Origin: Clostridiales bacterium
GTDB lineage: Bacteria > Bacillota > Clostridia > Christensenellales > Aristaeellaceae
Assembly: GCA_004556155.1 (NCBI GenBank)
Contig: SFIM01000016.1
Span: 53,423 to 85,422, forward strand
Length of the DNA: 32,000 nt
Direction of reading: 5' to 3'
Shown: in pieces, positions 31,805-32,000 of the stretch
Position numbering within the stretch: the first letter of the stretch is position 1
How the letters are laid out: every line of letters begins with the position of its first letter
The notes under the pieces: model-generated
What the model was told of the DNA's origin: nothing
The model's database searches: none
What the model saw: only the letters and a program-made list of their open reading frames with translations
Made by a program: the position numbers and the translations under genes

Positions 31805-32000
31805 TTATTCGCGCGTAACGCGATAAACGTAATGCGCCATATCCACGCTGCGGTAATGCTTGGTAAAGGTAAGCACGCGCGTCATGCCGTTGCGCTCGGC
31901 TACGTGCTGGGAGGCAATGTTGGTATCCCGGATGATGGAATACACCGCCTGCGCGCCCAGGGTATCAAAGGCGTAATCGCGGCAGGCGCGGGCAGCCTCG
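31805..32000 (-). CDS. GNAT family N-acetyltransferase (RimJ/RimL-like), C-terminal part only; continues beyond the window
   Basis: Manual translation of the minus strand gives ...EAARACRDYAFDTLGAQAVYSIIRDTNIASQHVAERNGMTRVLTFTKHYRSVDMAHYVYRVTRE* with the stop at 31805-31807. It is absent from the ORF track because the start lies outside the window. Confidence 0.8.
   Translation of the reverse strand, partial: EAARACRDYAFDTLGAQAVYSIIRDTNIASQHVAERNGMTRVLTFTKHYRSVDMAHYVYRVTRE

Overview
The window reads as GC-rich chromosomal core sequence from a Firmicutes/Clostridia-type organism. This taxonomic call is inferred from GGAGG-type ribosome-binding sites (RBS), the gene orders tig-clpP-clpX and zapA-U32-mutS2, DegV, LysM and SH3b/NlpC-P60 wall proteins, and a sigmaK-like promoter. 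About 30 protein genes are packed tightly on both strands. They are: a partial XRE HTH regulator plus a polytopic membrane protein; a frameshifted EFR1-type flavodoxin/ferredoxin; tig-clpP-clpX; udk; a two-gene FAD-oxidoreductase(discoidin)/xylose-isomerase-like TIM-barrel operon; an orphan 400-aa protein followed by a secreted stefin/cystatin-like protein; mnmG; an SH3b-NlpC/P60 hydrolase; a triple-LysM protein with a 57-bp in-frame tandem repeat; degV plus a short MGMT-family gene; cyclophilin; zapA-U32 peptidase; a gap-free mutS2/OmpR-regulator/histidine-kinase/ispE string; a SIMPL protein; a 74-aa K/E-rich protein; a PHP phosphoesterase; a TetR regulator divergent from a membrane-anchored coiled-coil protein; a CmpB-like membrane protein; a YjdF/DUF2992 gene behind a structured leader (candidate yjdF riboswitch); and a partial GNAT acetyltransferase. 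By eye I found no rRNA, tRNA, CRISPR array, transposase, integrase or recognisable defence genes. I do not see a convincing novel multi-gene system. The most unusual items are the bacterial cystatin-like secreted protein and its orphan operon partner, the FAD-oxidase/TIM-barrel pair, the yjdF-type leader, and the repeat-bearing LysM protein with a sporulation-type promoter. Several long ORFs in the track are antisense artefacts of high GC content and are rejected. All start-codon refinements, promoters and terminators come from manual pattern reading and carry uncertainty.
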